A stretch of DNA of 61,707 bases, filler included, from Dirinaria sp. TL-2023a (taxonomy: Eukaryota): NCBI GenBank assembly GCA_051941275.1. It is 7 parts of 7 records of this genome, joined end to end, with 100 filler letters (N's around TTAATTAATTAA, not from the genome) between each part and the next. Parts side by side here need not be neighbours in the genome. Positions count along the whole stretch, not along the records: positions 35,362 to 44,082 come from JAVEBF010001146.1; positions 44,183 to 52,901 come from JAVEBF010001147.1; 5 more parts are not named here. The stretch is one strand, 5' to 3'. This document shows positions 35,527 through 45,987 of this stretch, piece after piece (within the stretch, counting starts at the first letter, position 1; each line of letters opens with the position of its first letter). The translations under genes were made by a program, and so were the position numbers. The notes under the pieces are model-generated. The model was not told the DNA's origin. It saw only the letters and a program-made list of their open reading frames with translations, and ran no database searches.

Positions 35527-38500
35527 TCACTCCACACCCTGCCAATTCCTCCAAATACACCCACACCCGCCCGTACCTCCATCGATGCCCCCCGGCCCGC
35601 CTTCACTCCGGCTGACGTTCACCTGGCCAAAAGGTCCCTGGGCGGGATTGATCAGGCGGCCCTGGAACGCTCGGTCTTCCAGCTGCAACTTCTTGTGGTC
35701 CGGGATGATCCTCTGCCGATCGTTGACGCCGTAGCAGTAGATCATTTTCTTTTCAGGATCGCCGCCGTGCCGGTCCAGCGTGATGGAGACGGGATAGGGG
35801 AAGGAGCCGGGACGGACAAAGTCGTTGGCGGAGGAAGCTGTGAGGTTTTTCGGATGGTGGTTGCTGCCGCCGCCGCCGCTGCTGCTGCTGGACGTGGCGG
35901 TGGTGGAGTTGGTGGAGTTGCTCGAGGACACCAGCGATGCGCTACCACCCCGGTTGGTCCAGATTTGGACTAGGAAGCGTGTTTGAGCCCATGTGCACCG
36001 GACCGTGGCCGCGGTTTCTTCAGCACCGCCGTTTTCATCGTTGGGCACGTTGCCCACCTGCTCGGTTGTCTCGTTCAGTAAGGCGGTAGAGGTGAGGAAA
36101 ATAGAGCGGTCAAAGTACGTGTAGAAGCCGTAGTGCTCTGTTGGGAGGCCACGATTGTAGAGGCGCAGAGGCTGAGCGGAAGGGAATGGAAGCAGGTTGG
36201 CTGCTGCTGCCGTGCCATCTGGATTAGTGTCTGGAGGCGGGATTACGTCGGTGAGATCCGGAAACGGGTCGGTACCGTTGGTGTCGGAAGTATTTGTGGA
36301 TGATGCTCGCTTGAGAAGGCGCGAGGAGAGCTTGTTGGCTGACTCGAAGCTCATAAAGAAGGGAGTGACTTCGCCATCAAAAGGAGCGGTATTGTTGTCA
36401 GTCGTGTTACCAAGGAAAGTTTGATCCTCCAAGCTGGGTGCCGCCGGAGACGGTGTGAATAGTGAATTCGAGAAGAGGTCACGTATCCTTAGAAGATCGC
36501 GCCGGATAATACCACCTGCAGACACGACATTCGAAACACGCTCACCGGATCTCTTCGTCAGGGTCGCGTTGGCGGCAGCGCTGACGTTGGTTCCGTTCTG
36601 GAATCTGATCTCGACTCTGAAGTTTGGCTGGTCGGGTTTGTTAGGCGCCACTGATGCTTGTTCTTCTTTCGGAAGGGCGCAACTCCACAGCGTGGTAGGC
36701 GAAACACAGCCAGCTTGCTCGTAAGCAGCATCTGGGTCGATGATGGTTGAAATACCAGTTGGTATGGGTGGGAATCCGGTAATGTTGAGCCACTGCGTCT
36801 GGACAGGCATCTTATCCCCTTTCCTCGTCAAGGTCAATGCCAGGGATAGTATCAAGATTATCATAATGAGCAATGCTAGAGCAACGCAAATCAATAACCA
36901 TTTCTTCTTTTTCTTTGTAGGCTTGTCTCGCATGAAACAGTTCCGAGCGGGCAAACACCCTCGGCCTCCAGATTTCTGCCTCCTCTTTTTCTCCTTTCGT
37001 TCTACTTCCATACGCTGATGCTTTTCTCGATTCTCCTCGGTGGTCGACTTTTCCCTGGGTGGAGGATAGAGCTCGGATAGATGGAGTTGCTCTTCAGGTG
37101 GCGGCGGACGTTGGTAATTGCCATGATAATGGTTCACAATATAAACAGGACGTTGACCATCTGTAGAAGGGCGCTCGGTCGCGGCCCAGTCGTTCTTGTC
37201 CGTAGAGTAGCTTTGTTGAGTATCTCGCAATACAGCGGCCGACTTCTGCACCGGCTGCTGAATCGGATGCTCGGGAGTAACGTATGATTCCGACTCATGT
37301 GCTACTGGAGGTTCTATAGCAAAAGGCGCAGGGTCAGGAGGCATTACGGCCACAAATCTTTTGGGCGGTCGTTCGGCGGCAGGTATTACCACCGGTCCAG
37401 ACAGCGTTGTTTTGGGCTGCGGCACGCCATCATCGGGATCCTTTCGAACGGGTTCCGTGGAAGCTGCTGATTGTTCAGGATTCGACTTCAGATCCCTTGA
37501 AACCATCAAAGGCTCCTGAGAAGAGTCCTTTGGTGTGGATGCAGGAGCGGCAGCGCGAACCACGGGCGCAATATGCGCTTCTTCCACTTCAGGAGTAGTG
37601 TCAACGTCTTCGATTATCGTGGACTCGCTGGCCGGTCTTGCTTTGGACTTGACGGCCTCTTTGAAAGCCGCGGAAAAGCGGTTCGAGGGTGTTTGCTGGA
37701 AGGCAGCAGCTTTCAGAGTCTCCTGCTCACTCGTAGTTTGGGGTTCTCGTGCAGGGATCGGGGCAGGCTCTTGGGGTGCCTCAATCATACTCTCTGGACC
37801 AAGCTCTGTTTCGCCATATCGCGGCTTTGGCTGCATACATGTATGGTTCTGACATTCAAAGTATGGAGTTGGGCTATTCTGATCGTGCCAGCATGCTTGG
37901 TAGTACTCGGCTGCTGTGCCAAACCCTTCAGGTGACAACGACAGCTCTGCAGGACTTTGAAGATCGAGTTCTCGCGAAAGATCTGGTCTCATAGTACTAT
38001 CCCGAGAAGTGTCCTGGAAAACAAGCCCATGCGCCTCGCGCCACCGCTCCAAGCGGCTGTCTTCTGTTCTGATACTGGCATGGTTCTGCTCGGATTGGAA
38101 GGAAGCTCGGTCGACGGGAGAGCACTTATCCTTCTTCTCCTCATCGTATTTTTCAAGGTCTTCACCAATCTTCGTAGCCTCACTGGACTGAGGAGAGCCG
38201 ATCTCAGCCACGTCCCTAGCCTTGTACTTCGTCGGAAAAGTGGGGGTACCTGGTTTCGCTGAGAAAGGTGATATGATGTAGTTCCACCAGCCCTGAGAGC
38301 GTCGGGTCGCAATACTGTCCATACTTGGTCGGGTCCTGATTCGAAGCTGTCGGGGTCGGCCAGAGTGTGCCCGAACCCCCGCATTTGTGGCAGCACCCTC
38401 ATCCTGATCGAAATCAGTGCAAGCAGATGCGATCCTCGTTGACGGCTTATCATTGTGGCTATCAACGTGGGGTTCGGAGGCATTACGTGGCTTTTGACTG

Positions 38501-39432
38501 CTCGATGCGCTAGGTAGGGCAGGCACTGGCGGTATCGATGAAGGTTGCGATGCTGCGCGTCCTCGCTGTGTGGCTTGTGAGTATACACTTGAAGCTGGCC
38601 GTGGCTTGCGAGGGGGCTGTCGCTCGTCGGATGAAGCTGACCAAGGTGCTTCATGCCTGGCTGGTGTCACAACGATCGAAGGCGTACTGGAAGCGCCCTG
38701 ATCAACGGCATGCTGATGCGCAGAAAGACCGGGTGATCTCTTTCGAGCGGTCTCAGGACTTGTTCGCTCGGTGAGTGAAGTTGGGGTGACTGAAATACCG
38801 ATAGCGATAAGGCGATCCGACGGCGAAAGCTCCATCATCCTGCTCGACTTCCGCTTGAGATCGCTCACTGGACCTTTGCGGTCTTTCGCAGAGTAGGACG
38901 CCTTATCGACGCCTTGATCAAAATGTTGAAGGCCCAGGCCAGCCATCGCCTGAGCATCGAGCGCTGCTTTACTGGTGCCTTTCCCCTCCTGGCCATTTTT
39001 CTCGACATGACATGAGTCCAAGTTCTGTTTCCTGTGCCCAGAATATTTCCGATTCGGTAGTACTTCCGCCGACGATCGAACTTGAGCATTGACTGCTGGT
39101 AGTGCTGTCGGTCGAACACCGGGATCTGCAGCTCTTTGCGCGAGGACAGGCGGTTTAGAAAAGTTCGTGACGACATTTAGGCCCGGCCATCGTTGTTGCT
39201 TTAGGGCTTTCTCCTGCGTTCGGCCTGCGTCTACCGGCGTCGACTTCTGAACCGGAGGTTCTTGACTTCGAACCGAAGCATTGTTTCCGCCCATATTATT
39301 CTGTGATCCTAGTTGGTGCCTGTGTGGGGTGCTTTGTGGGGTACTTGGCGAGGTAGGCGATAGGACTTCCTCACCCATCGGTGACGAAAATGGCATTCTT
39401 ATAGCTTGTGATGTAGGGGGTTGACGGTGCAT
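35527..39432 (-). CDS. Large single-pass type II membrane protein (~1300 aa, intronless) of unknown function; start uncertain
   Basis: Long S/P-rich disordered N-terminus; KKKKK followed by TM WLLICVALALLIMIILILSLALTL; C-terminal domain QWLNITGFPPIPTGISTI, LWSCALPKE, EHYGFYTYFDRSIFL, RCTWAQTRFLVQIWT, RPGSFPYPVSITLDRHGG, GGCGCIW with many NxS/T sites. Confidence 0.8.
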   Translation of the reverse strand: MHRQPPTSQAIRMPFSSPMGEEVLSPTSPSTPQSTPHRHQLGSQNNMGGNNASVRSQEPPVQKSTPVDAGRTQEKALKQQRWPGLNVVTNFSKPPVLAQRAADPGVRPTALPAVNAQVRSSAEVLPNRKYSGHRKQNLDSCHVEKNGQEGKGTSKAALDAQAMAGLGLQHFDQGVDKASYSAKDRKGPVSDLKRKSSRMMELSPSDRLIAIGISVTPTSLTERTSPETARKRSPGLSAHQHAVDQGASSTPSIVVTPARHEAPWSASSDERQPPRKPRPASSVYSQATQRGRAASQPSSIPPVPALPSASSSQKPRNASEPHVDSHNDKPSTRIASACTDFDQDEGAATNAGVRAHSGRPRQLRIRTRPSMDSIATRRSQGWWNYIISPFSAKPGTPTFPTKYKARDVAEIGSPQSSEATKIGEDLEKYDEEKKDKCSPVDRASFQSEQNHASIRTEDSRLERWREAHGLVFQDTSRDSTMRPDLSRELDLQSPAELSLSPEGFGTAAEYYQACWHDQNSPTPYFECQNHTCMQPKPRYGETELGPESMIEAPQEPAPIPAREPQTTSEQETLKAAAFQQTPSNRFSAAFKEAVKSKARPASESTIIEDVDTTPEVEEAHIAPVVRAAAPASTPKDSSQEPLMVSRDLKSNPEQSAASTEPVRKDPDDGVPQPKTTLSGPVVIPAAERPPKRFVAVMPPDPAPFAIEPPVAHESESYVTPEHPIQQPVQKSAAVLRDTQQSYSTDKNDWAATERPSTDGQRPVYIVNHYHGNYQRPPPPEEQLHLSELYPPPREKSTTEENREKHQRMEVERKEKKRRQKSGGRGCLPARNCFMRDKPTKKKKKWLLICVALALLIMIILILSLALTLTRKGDKMPVQTQWLNITGFPPIPTGISTIIDPDAAYEQAGCVSPTTLWSCALPKEEQASVAPNKPDQPNFRVEIRFQNGTNVSAAANATLTKRSGERVSNVVSAGGIIRRDLLRIRDLFSNSLFTPSPAAPSLEDQTFLGNTTDNNTAPFDGEVTPFFMSFESANKLSSRLLKRASSTNTSDTNGTDPFPDLTDVIPPPDTNPDGTAAAANLLPFPSAQPLRLYNRGLPTEHYGFYTYFDRSIFLTSTALLNETTEQVGNVPNDENGGAEETAATVRCTWAQTRFLVQIWTNRGGSASLVSSSNSTNSTTATSSSSSGGGGSNHHPKNLTASSANDFVRPGSFPYPVSITLDRHGGDPEKKMIYCYGVNDRQRIIPDHKKLQLEDRAFQGRLINPAQGPFGQVNVSRSEGGPGGIDGGTGGCGCIWRNWQGVE

Positions 39433-41117
39433 TTTGGGATTCAAGGTACAAGGCAGTGAGCATGGCTCGAGATCGAGTGAGGTCATTAATGGTCTGTACT
39501 GTAATAGATTGATAGTGAGCGCAGGCATACAATGTCCCACTTGAGGGACTTACAACAGGAAAACAAAAATGAGAAGGATTTCCAATGACAGCGTCAGAGC
39601 ATCATGTTGTAATTCCGATAAGTAGTTTCGTAAAGTAGTTGCCTGCGAGTGGCTGAATGTCAGGATATCATTCATGTGCTCTTCAAATCCATTGTTGTCT
39701 TCCGTCTCAAATGTCTGACAATAAACAATGTCTCTAATGAAGATGCCAGTCACAGCAACCCGCCAACACTGCAGATCTCAACATCCAAAAATCAGTTGAC
39801 GACGCCACAGCAGCAAGGTGATCGGTAGATTTCCAAAGGTCAGCGACCAGTTCTGGATACCTTGAAACAAAAGAAATAGACTTAGGTATGTCGACAGTCG
39901 TAGCTCAAGAGGTGAACATGCGAGAAGTATGCCATCTGCATGTGTCGAGGCAGCCATGACTCAACGCCATCTCAGCCTGCATTAGCAGGTCAAGGCCGCT
40001 CCCAGGGCTCCGAAACACCCAGCATCCAGCCAGGTTCCGCCATCATCTTCCCCACTCGGAGCTCTTCCCTCCATTCCTTGTATAGCGGCGCTACTCCCGG
40101 AGTCGGGAGCACCCAGACCACGACCATTGGCTCTGGGGCAGTCGTCGACAGATAGCCGGCACGTGAACTGTCTTAACATGGGTGTAACCGCTGAGGGGGA
40201 GATTGGCCTTATGCGATGGAGCTGCGACAAGCTGCGAGTGGTAGGGGGCGCGATGATGAGGTCGAGAGAGACTTCCACCAATCAAGAGCGCGTTTCACGA
40301 GCAGATCGCGCTATCAGGTGACTCATCTTTAGCGCCCACATCCACTGGTGCACTATTTGTAGAACCAGTCAGGTCATCACGGCCGTTCAGTTGGCTACCG
40401 AAAAGGACGGTTCTTCGACTGATGGATAATTAGCTGCTTACGGAACCAGGGAACGTATCTGGGTAAAGAACGGTAAGGTAAAAAATCCGAAGAGGGAGAT
40501 ACCTTAAAGGTCAGGTGCACGGGTCACGGGAGTTGGGATCTCTACAGTACTGTGTCTACATGTAGGTACCACAACGACTGGGTACTCACTTCTACACCCC
40601 CTTGGCCTGCAGTGGCCGGTTTAATCGTCTTCGGCTTGTCATCATCACATTATCTTGCCAAGTCATCATGCTTTAGCGAATGGGAGTCATCAGGCACACA
40701 GAGGCTACAGGCAGCCATTCCCCTAGAGCCATGGTCGATGCGATGTCATCGATGGAAAAGAGAACTGCACGCAGGTAGTTATCCTCTTTGTGAAGGCACC
40801 CGTCCAGTGGCATATCTCTACAAGTGCTAGATACAATACAATAATGTGGCGGCGACCCGTCATGCGCCTCTTTCAAAAATTATAGAACGGATAAAATGGA
40901 AAACATTCCCTTTGCTTGATCCTACCTTACCGTAGCCATGTCCCTCTAAATACTTGTATCTTTCATTTCCGCTGAACATGGGACTTCCCAAGCTGGCTGG
41001 GGTCTATCATTCCCTCAAGAGATCCGGCGGCCCCAGGCGATCCTGATCGCGCGTCTCCAAAGATGATGTGGTAAAAATATACGTCAAAAATTGCTGATGC
41101 GGCGCCGACTCCCAAAA

Positions 41118-42663
41118 TCACGGTTTTTGCTCCGCGGCTTCCTTGGCCGCTTTCGCTTTCGCCTCTCGGGCCTCCCTCCTCTTCTTGAACCAGTCGCTGA
41201 TGCCGTCCTTGAACTTCTCCCACCGCGTCCGGTTGAGCTTGTTGCTCAGCTCGCGGAAGTTGTACATCTCTCCCCAGCAGTCCCTTCCCCATTCGCATCC
41301 GGCCATGTTCACGACAAAATCCCGGTCTTGTTCCTTGTAGTGGATGTGCTTGTTCTCGCCGTTGTCGCCGCACGCCCCCATCGGAAAGCTGTTGATCTTG
41401 CGTTGTGGAATGAATGCTGTATGTGGTCGGATCCATGGTTGATTGATGTAAAGATGCTCCAATGCATCTTGCTCTTTGTGCTCCCACTCCATGTGTTTCT
41501 GCTCGTAGCCCACCGGATCCCACCAAATGTCCAATAGGCGATCTGTCCATGTACTTCGGCGTACGAAGAACGATCCAAGATTGAAGCCTCCACAGTCTTG
41601 GGGTATGATGAGGTCGATTGAGCTGACCTTGCCATCACCAACGGGTGAGCGCGCTTCTTCATCGAGGTAAGGTGATTTAAAAGGATGAGTAATGTTGAGC
41701 GGGTTGTAGGCATTGATATCGCGGTAGGTATTGCCGGTTAGGTCGTTGAATATGTGCTTTTGTAGCGAATAGGAGGGTTCCATGACGAATGTATTCAGGT
41801 CCAACCACCAGAACCTAGCAGCCAAAGTCAGAATCGGTGATCTCAAGTTAACATGTTGACCAGCATTACCATTCAGCTTTTGGATATTTCCGCATACAGT
41901 TGCGTATAGTATCGACCTTCTCCCAGCTCTCTCGCCACTCATGTGCATATCGCTTTTTCGTGCTCATATCGACGATTTCCAGATCGTAGCCCCACTTCTT
42001 AGTGTACTTTTTCTTATTCTTTACGCTGTCTCTCTCGATTGCCCACTCACGTGGACCCTTCCATTCCATGACGCCACCTCCCATGTTTGCCGCCAATATT
42101 ACCACGAACTTGTTCCCACCACCTAGATATGACGCTCTTCTATACGCGCGATGCATTGCTGATTGGCCTGTCAGCGACTGGAGAGGGAGAAATTCCATGG
42201 CTCGAGACTTACGAGTGACGTAGAACAAAACGATCGACAGAACAAATGTTATCAGAACCAGCAGCCGTACTCGTAACCTCCATATTATTCTGCCAAAATG
42301 CGTCGCGAACCGCCGGATCTTTCCTTCTTTGTACCGGCCCCGTCCTAGCTTCTCTTTCTCCGCGTATTTGCGGGCCCCGAGATTGAAGCTTGGTAAACTC
42401 CTTGATATTTTTCTTGCGTGTCTCGAGAAGAAGCCTTGATTCCTAGTCGAGAAGGAGGGATATCCATTGACCTCATCACTTCTTGCCTTGGCCGATGCCC
42501 AGGTGACATTACTACCGCCTACTCCTCCATTGGCATTGAAGGGATATTCACCATACGGCCTTCTGGGACTCGATCTCCCACTGACGGTATCGTACGGAGT
42601 TGTCAGACCGGGACTGGACCAGCCACCGCCTCTGTTGGGTGAGGGGGACCGTGACAGGGACAT
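41118..42663 (-). CDS. MNN10: GT34 alpha-1,6-mannosyltransferase, Mnn10-like, 478 aa; complement(join(41118..41814,41870..42158,42213..42663))
   Basis: MSLSRSPSP..GGGWSSPGL, TM, ILAANMGGGVMEWKGPREWAIERDSVKNK, HEWRESWEKVD, AEWFWWLDLNTFVMEP, QDCGGFNLGSFF, WEHKEQDALE, FVVNMAGCEWGRDCW. Confidence 0.93.
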
Positions 42664-44082
42664 CTCCGCCTGAGGTGTGCCAGGTATGGGCGGTAACGGC
42701 TGAGCGAAGCCGTCCGCCGGCAGACCCGACGAGGCTCCTGGGGATCCGTATGCTCGTGGCGAGGAGGCTTCTTGTATGCTGATGGTAGGAGTCGTCACGG
42801 AGGACGAGCGCCGCCGTCGATGAGTTGCCGTGGTCACTGATACGGGGCTTGAGGGAGCCAGAATGGATTCGTCGGGTGCTGGGGGTGGTTGTGACTTCCG
42901 TTGCGGGCCCACAAAAGGCTGTTGAGCAAGGTGCCAGCGGAACCGAGCTTGGGTCGTCCGGGATTGCAGCGCAGCAACGGCTTAAGAGAAATTGGAGGAG
43001 CGGAGGTAGCCTGCAGGATGGGAATCTCGGACTTCATCCATAGATGGCAGTTAGTGATGACTATTCTATCCAGCAGACGGGATGGTCTTTCGCCGGAGTG
43101 CAGCCTTTGGTCTTGGTTATTTTCTTTTTTTTTCCTTTGTGATGCGCAGTAGTAGCCAGTACGCAGTACGCACACTCACCGGGAAATTACTTGAGTTGGA
43201 CACTTTCAGACTCTGGGGCGCTTGACTAGTGCGGAAGCTGCCAAGACCGCTACTAATCAATCAAAAGGCAGTTCCTTAGTGGGAGCGGGAGCTGAGCTGA
43301 TCGGATGTTTGATTGCACGCAGATGCCCGAGGCATCAATTATTCTTACATTATTATGATTGATTCCTGATATTATTACGATGGAAGCGCTAGAAGCCAGT
43401 GAAATACTAGAGTATGGAAGATGGAGAGGTATCTTAAGTATGTACCTTAAGAACCTTGGGTGCCTTTCGTGGTGGGATCAGCTGGATGAAAGAGGCGGTT
43501 TGGGCTTGGCAAAATTATGCATCTGCAAGGAGTCGCTTAAGGTTCTCCGTATTAATTGTGCGCCAAACGAAAGGAGATAAGGTGAGACTTGCACTGGCCG
43601 ACTCTAGCTTCAAGCACGCCTTATCGTTCCATCATCCGACCCCCAATAATCCCACACCATCAGCGATCGGAATTATATATGCACAACATGTATGTACTCT
43701 ACTCCTACTGTACGTAGCGTACCACCCCATGCTGCTGCTTCCGATTACTGCTGTAGACCGGTATGACCTAGATTTTGATCACGACGGACATGCTGCCAAG
43801 AAGATCCAGCAACACGAGCAGCACACTGTACTTTATTATTTCGCATTCGCTGAGCCCGCCGGCTTCGGGGATCACTGAATCATATCTCGTATATCAGACG
43901 CTCGTACGTAAGCCAGCTCGATGCATTCTGTGCGGGTACGAGTAAGGTACAGAAAGGGACCGTTCCTCGAAAGCAATACAAACCCATCACGAGTGTTCAA
44001 TGTCCACCAAACAAAACTCCGGTTTCTACCTCTTCCGCAGTGTAGCCACATCGCCACAGGGTATCTCATGGGCTACTCCACC

Positions 44083-44182
44083 NNNNNNNNNNNNNNNNNN
44101 NNNNNNNNNNNNNNNNNNNNNNNNNNTTAATTAATTAANNNNNNNNNNNNNNNNNNNNNNNNNNNNNNNNNNNNNNNNNNNN
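44083..44182. other. Artificial contig spacer
   Basis: N44-TTAATTAATTAA-N44. Confidence 0.98.
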
Positions 44183-45497
44183 CCCCACCTCCACCACCAC
44201 CCGCAGCAGCAGCAGTAGTAGCAGCGGCAATCCTCTCCCGCCGCTGCGAAGCGCTATACCTCAACACGATGAGGATAACCACGGCGCTGAGCGCAATGGC
44301 CGCGATATACCGCCTGATGAGGAACCACCTCAGGCCCTCGACCTCGTTCTTGGCGGCGCTGTTCAGCGTGACGGTGATCTTGTAGTCGAGCTCCTGGATT
44401 TCCGAGTCGCGGTCGCGGGTCTCCATGCGCACGTTCATCTTGCGGTCGTTGAGCAGGCCGCGCAGGTCGTCCTTCAGCGCGAGCGCTTCCTGCGACGACC
44501 GCTGCGACAGGATGTCTACTTCGTGCTGCAGGTGCGCGCGCTGGGTCGATTGCGTGGTTGAGGAGGAGCGGCGCAGGGAGAGGATCTCGGTGCGCAGCTC
44601 CGAGCAGGCGGCGCGGAAGAGGTAGGTTTCCTGTTTTTTTTTTGGCAGAAGGGAAAAGGGGCTTTTGTTAGTTTGTTTAACGCGGTATATTTTTACGTTA
44701 CGGCTTTATAAAGGGAGGGGAGGCGAGTGGGAAAGGGGGGTTCTCACATTTTCGACGTCGGATTTGGAGACGAGGCCTTCCCGCGCCACGTCCAGGTTGA
44801 TGGCGAGGAGGCTGCGCACGGCTTTCATCAGGGTGACGCTCTGCGCTTCCGTGAAGCCGCCTTCTTCAAGGTCTTTCACCAGCGTAAAGGTGTCGAAGTG
44901 GTGCACGTACGGCGGCGCTTGCAGATGCGGCAGCTTATGCTCTTCGGGGGAATCTATCTGTAGGACGTGGTCCAGGGGTTTGTCGACTGCTTCTGGAGGA
45001 GGGGCTTGCGGTGGGGGTTCTTCAGGATGCGATTCCGCGGCGTCGACTCGGACCGATTTCTCCGCATCCTGAAGCTCGCTCCTCCTCGCCGCAAGCGCGG
45101 GTTTATCCTGAGCCTCCTGCTTGGTTTCCGGCGATGATGGGGCCCGGTCTCTTTTCCCAGCTTTGCCAGGATCCGCTTTCTTTGTTTCGTCGGGTTTCGC
45201 GCTCGGCGATTGGACCTCTTTCTCGATTGCGTTGGCGAGCGATTTCGGGTCTGTGGACGAACCTTCAGTGCTCGAGGAAGCGGGTGGTAAGGGCAATGGG
45301 GGCGGAGGATTGGGTTGGTTCGCTGAACCGTATCGCTGAGTGTAGGTTTCCTGCCTGCATCGGGCGGAGATGCTGAGGTTTGCTTTTTGCCCCGCTTTTC
45401 GGCGCGGGCGGAGATGCTGGTGAGGTAGACTTGTTTCGTATACCCTTGCCGATTTGAATAGGTGAGGGTATAGAAATGTCAGACGCGGCACGGACAT
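44183..45497 (-). CDS. DUF1640 (MCUR1/CCDC90, Fmp32/Put7-like) mitochondrial coiled-coil membrane protein, 3' truncated; complement(join(<44183..44630,44748..45497))
   Basis: Presequence-like MSVPRLTFLYPHLFK; PPYVHHFDTFTLVKDLEEGGF..QSVTLMKAVR; SKSDVENETYLFRAACSELRTEI; IQELDYKITV; EVEGLRW followed by TM. Confidence 0.88.
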
Positions 45498-45987
45498 GGT
45501 GAAGAATGAGGATGGACGGTTTTCGTCGACGATATCATTAATAGCGGCTTTGTGACGTTGAATTGTCGAGACGACGGAGGGCAGGACGGGCCGCTTCGGT
45601 GAATATTCGGGTCGATCATCCACTTCCCCCTCGTCCCAAATTGCTCAAAATACTGGAAAGAATGTATGATAGAGACTGCCCAATTCAGAACTTTGCTTTC
45701 ACGAAATTCGCGCACTCGAATTGGAATGTATTGATGAACGAAACTATGATTAGACAATTGCTCCTTGCAATCCCCTGGAACTGTCGCGGAGATTGGCCAT
45801 TAATGCAGAAACCAAAGAAATCCAAACCAACATGCTCGACACGATCAATGACCCGTCCAAATGTCTTCAATGCATGCGTAACCGAACTTGTCAATGGGCC
45901 AACCTGTGTATAAAGTCCCATCTTTCGCCCGTCCATCATGGATTGACCTTCCCCCCATCCCCCGATCCAAAACCCATCCACCTATAA

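Noticed and set aside
43359..44082. Short ORFs upstream of MNN10 at the contig end
   Set aside because: No motifs; likely promoter or leader of a gene beyond the break.
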